A stretch of DNA of 63,996 bases, the filler included, from Peribolospora baueri (lineage: Eukaryota), in the NCBI GenBank assembly GCA_029717555.1. It is 35 parts of 35 records of this genome, joined end to end, with 100 filler letters (N's around TTAATTAATTAA, not from the genome) between each part and the next. Parts side by side here need not be neighbours in the genome. Positions count along the whole stretch, not along the records: positions 61,448 to 62,701 come from JAMDHS010000257.1; positions 62,802 to 63,996 come from JAMDHS010000260.1; 33 more parts are not named here. One strand, 5' to 3'. The notes under the pieces were generated by a model. It was not told the DNA's origin and made no database searches. It was given only the letters and a program-made list of their open reading frames with translations. The stretch's first letter is position 1. Each line of letters begins with the position of its first letter. The position numbers were made by a program, and so were the translations under genes. Below, piece by piece: positions 61,495 through 63,996 of this stretch.

Positions 61495-62168
61495 ATGAGG
61501 TCTGCCGCTTTCTTCGCCCTCCTCTCCGCCGTCCTGGCTACCGGCGGACTGTCCGCGCCGATCCCGACGGTCAACGGGGATCGTCACATCGGTGAGCTAC
61601 ACCCCGGCGTCGTTGAAGCCATATTCCGACTTGCCTCGACGTGCGTAAGCGATGATGGACTCACTCGCATTTCTCATGTCTTCTCTGTGACACCCCAGAG
61701 ACGCGCGGTGATGCCGGACTGGCAGCGCCCGTAGTCCGCGATCATATGCTGCACGACGAGCTCAACAGCAAGCGGCTTTACGAGGACCTCCACGCTCGCA
61801 TCCCACTGGAGGCCCACGACCAGCCCGGCATGCCGTCGGAAATGTCCATGGGCAAGCGCGGCAAGCTCTTTTCCGGCGGACCAGAAAGCGCGATCACACC
61901 CGGACAAAGGCCGCCTAAAGGCACATCAAATGAAGACAAGTATCATCATTATCAGACAGCAGCCGATAATGCCAACACCGCTGGCATGATTGAACAAGCT
62001 GCTGGCAATATGGATAAGGCCTCCGAGAAATGGACGACAGCCGACAAAAACCAGAATGTTGCGACTTATTTCCAGGCCAAAAAGCCAAAACCCGTCCCGC
62101 GCGGCGGACCAGAGAGCGAGATCTGGTCCTCTCAAAGGGCGCCTCCAGGCTCATCCATCGAAATTTAG
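61495..62168 (+). CDS. Subtelomeric small secreted protein; exons 61495-61591 and 61699-62168
   Basis: MRSAAFFALLSAVLATGGLSA signal peptide; in-frame intron; KR and LHAR sites; repeated GGPES..QRxP motif. Confidence 0.8.
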
Positions 62169-62443
62169 ATGCAGACAGCAAAAATTGGAAGAAGATCCCT
62201 TATAGCTTTTGAGTGATTGCCGCCTATGAGAAACTTGCAGAGACATAGCAAGGAGGTACCATTGGGTTGAGCATCACGAGTACTGAGGAGCCTACGTGTC
62301 GCCGAACACCCCGTCCCAGCGCTGTACGGCTGGTCGTCCACTGCCCCGGCGGGCGTGGTGAATGTAGTGTAGAAGATGGCGCTTTCCTTCCACAATGTTA
62401 CCCATTTTCCTTTTTTGAAAACCGAGAGAGGTCGGCGATACTT

Positions 62444-62574
62444 TGTCACGAACGCCGCCTCCGATCCGGGACTGTCATGAACGCCGTCTCCGATCCGAGA
62501 TGACACGACTGCCATGTATATATAGGGGCCCGACAGGGCCTCCACCTCTCCTTCCTCCAAGCTAGAAATACTTT
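62444..62574 (+). repeat. 29-bp tandem unit (x2) followed by a TATA-containing segment abutting the telomere; possible truncated LTR
   Basis: Same unit as at 47451; starts TGTCA; TATATATAG at about 62517. Confidence 0.6.
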
Positions 62575-62701
62575 TTAGGGTTAGGGTTAGGGTTAGGGTT
62601 AGGGTTAGGGTTAGGGTTAGGGTTAGGGTTAGGGTTAGGGTTAGGGTTAGGGTTAGGGTTAGGGTTAGGGTTAGGGTTAGGGTTAGGGTTAGGGTTAGGG
62701 T
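62575..62701 (+). repeat. Telomere (TTAGGG)n, right chromosome end
   Basis: 21 perfect TTAGGG units at the contig end. Confidence 0.97.
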
Positions 62702-63363
62702 NNNNNNNNNNNNNNNNNNNNNNNNNNNNNNNNNNNNNNNNNNNNTTAATTAATTAANNNNNNNNNNNNNNNNNNNNNNNNNNNNNNNNNNNNNNNNNNN
62801 NGCGCAGCTAGGCAGAATCTGGTCGACATCGACGCCTAGGGATTCTCCGAGTTCTTGAACGCATCCAGACCACCCGCATAGGCTACGAGAAATCCGTCTT
62901 GTGCTTTTCTCAAACCCCTCTCCACCTTTTTCTTGGTTATTTTGTCTGCAGTGCCGAGCTAGAAGCCAAATATCGAGACATAGGTCGATAGCTTCAACGC
63001 GCTAAAGCTTGGGCCTAGAAGGCCGTGCGGCAAGCGGAAGAAAAAAGGCCGCGCCTCTACAGACGAGAAAAGCGATGTTTATGTCGCTCCTCTCGTCTTC
63101 AGTCTGACCGTCCTCATGTCCTATTATTTTCTCGCCGTACACTTCATGGATTATTACAAGGTCGCCTGGTCGGAGGCTTGAGCCAGAGGAAGCAAAGAGT
63201 GGTGAAGCTCTGTAAGGAGAGGTACATGACGGTGTGTGCTTTCACGTGTGCAGCTATTGCAGTAGCCATTGCGAACCTGTTTGGAAATGCGAGCGTGGAG
63301 GAGAAGGCAGGGGAAAGAGATTAGCTTCTCCACTCGTCGTCGGCTGCGTCCTCACCGCAGATA

Positions 63364-63996
63364 TCACGGCTGGTCCCCCCTGGTATATGAGGCGAGAAGC
63401 CCAGAGAGAGCCCGCGTGGACTCTAACCCACGACATTCTGGCCGTCTCTCGAGAAACTTCACCAGCTGCCTTGCTGCCTCTTCCCACTCTTTCAAGCCCC
63501 GAGACTGCTTTGCCATGAATTCCCAGAATGCGACCTTGCTGCAAAGAGACGAGATGACGTCCTGAAGTTCTGCGTCGCTCATCAAAGGTCCGAGCCGGTG
63601 CGCCATTCCGCGCCTCTCCTCCTCAGCGCTGTGCGGAACGATTGGAGCGACCAAGAAGTCAATGGAGTCCAGACGTCGGGGGCTCATTCCATGTCCGCTT
63701 ACCTGTAGAGCTCGAGGTACATGTCGCGGTCAGTTTCGTAGTCCTCCTCACCCCAGCCCTTGATGAGCGATGGATAACTTGCCGCCTCCACCAGTGGAAG
63801 CGGCTCGCCACACTTAAAGCCGACCCAATCGATGATCCTAAGAATTAACGAGTCAACGCGCCGGAGATAAGCCTTGAGTACGAGCAACAGTCGCAAATCA
63901 TCTCGAGGCGGTGGGGCTCACCCGACAATATTCAACTCGTTATCGACGAGTATATTGGAGCCGCTGAGATCGCCGTGAACCATAGAAAACGGCCCA
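63364..63996 (-). CDS. APH-like kinase 3' exons (63837-63703, 63628-63364), continuing 38000-38709
   Basis: 63873-63996 is the reverse complement of 38635-38758; splicing gives ELNIVG|IIDW. Confidence 0.85.

Overview
This window is not contiguous genome. It is about 35 short contigs (2.8 to 1.2 kb, sorted by decreasing length) joined by artificial N44-TTAATTAATTAA-N44 linkers. It looks like the small-contig tail of a fungal, most likely basidiomycete, de Bruijn assembly; several contigs overlap each other by exactly 127 bp, implying k=127. Adjacency across linkers is meaningless. Content: (1) immune-like genes: two TPR arrays of near-identical 45-aa repeats with hypervariable helix positions that converge on the same unique 3' sequence, a CHAT-protease-type C-terminus ending about 2 kb from a telomere, two NACHT fragments and a frameshifted NACHT-WD40; (2) secreted, Kex2-type processed peptide precursors: two Gly/Phe-rich KR-repeat proteins, an allelic pair with a swapped peptide module, and two small secreted proteins, one 0.4 kb from a telomere; (3) mitochondrial cox1, cox2 and cob fragments with group I introns and GIY-YIG/LAGLIDADG ORFs, most disrupted by short GC-rich inserts; (4) 28S rDNA, an intron-containing tRNA-Arg(ACG) and two TTAGGG telomeres; (5) metabolic gene fragments (class V PLP enzyme, MDR oxidoreductase, terpene synthase, P450, NmrA, AKR, OMT, APH kinase); (6) five purine-only or pyrimidine-only contigs that are probably artefacts. 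The best candidates for an undescribed system are the repeat-shuffling, possibly subtelomeric TPR-CHAT receptor-protease locus and the modular secreted peptide precursors.
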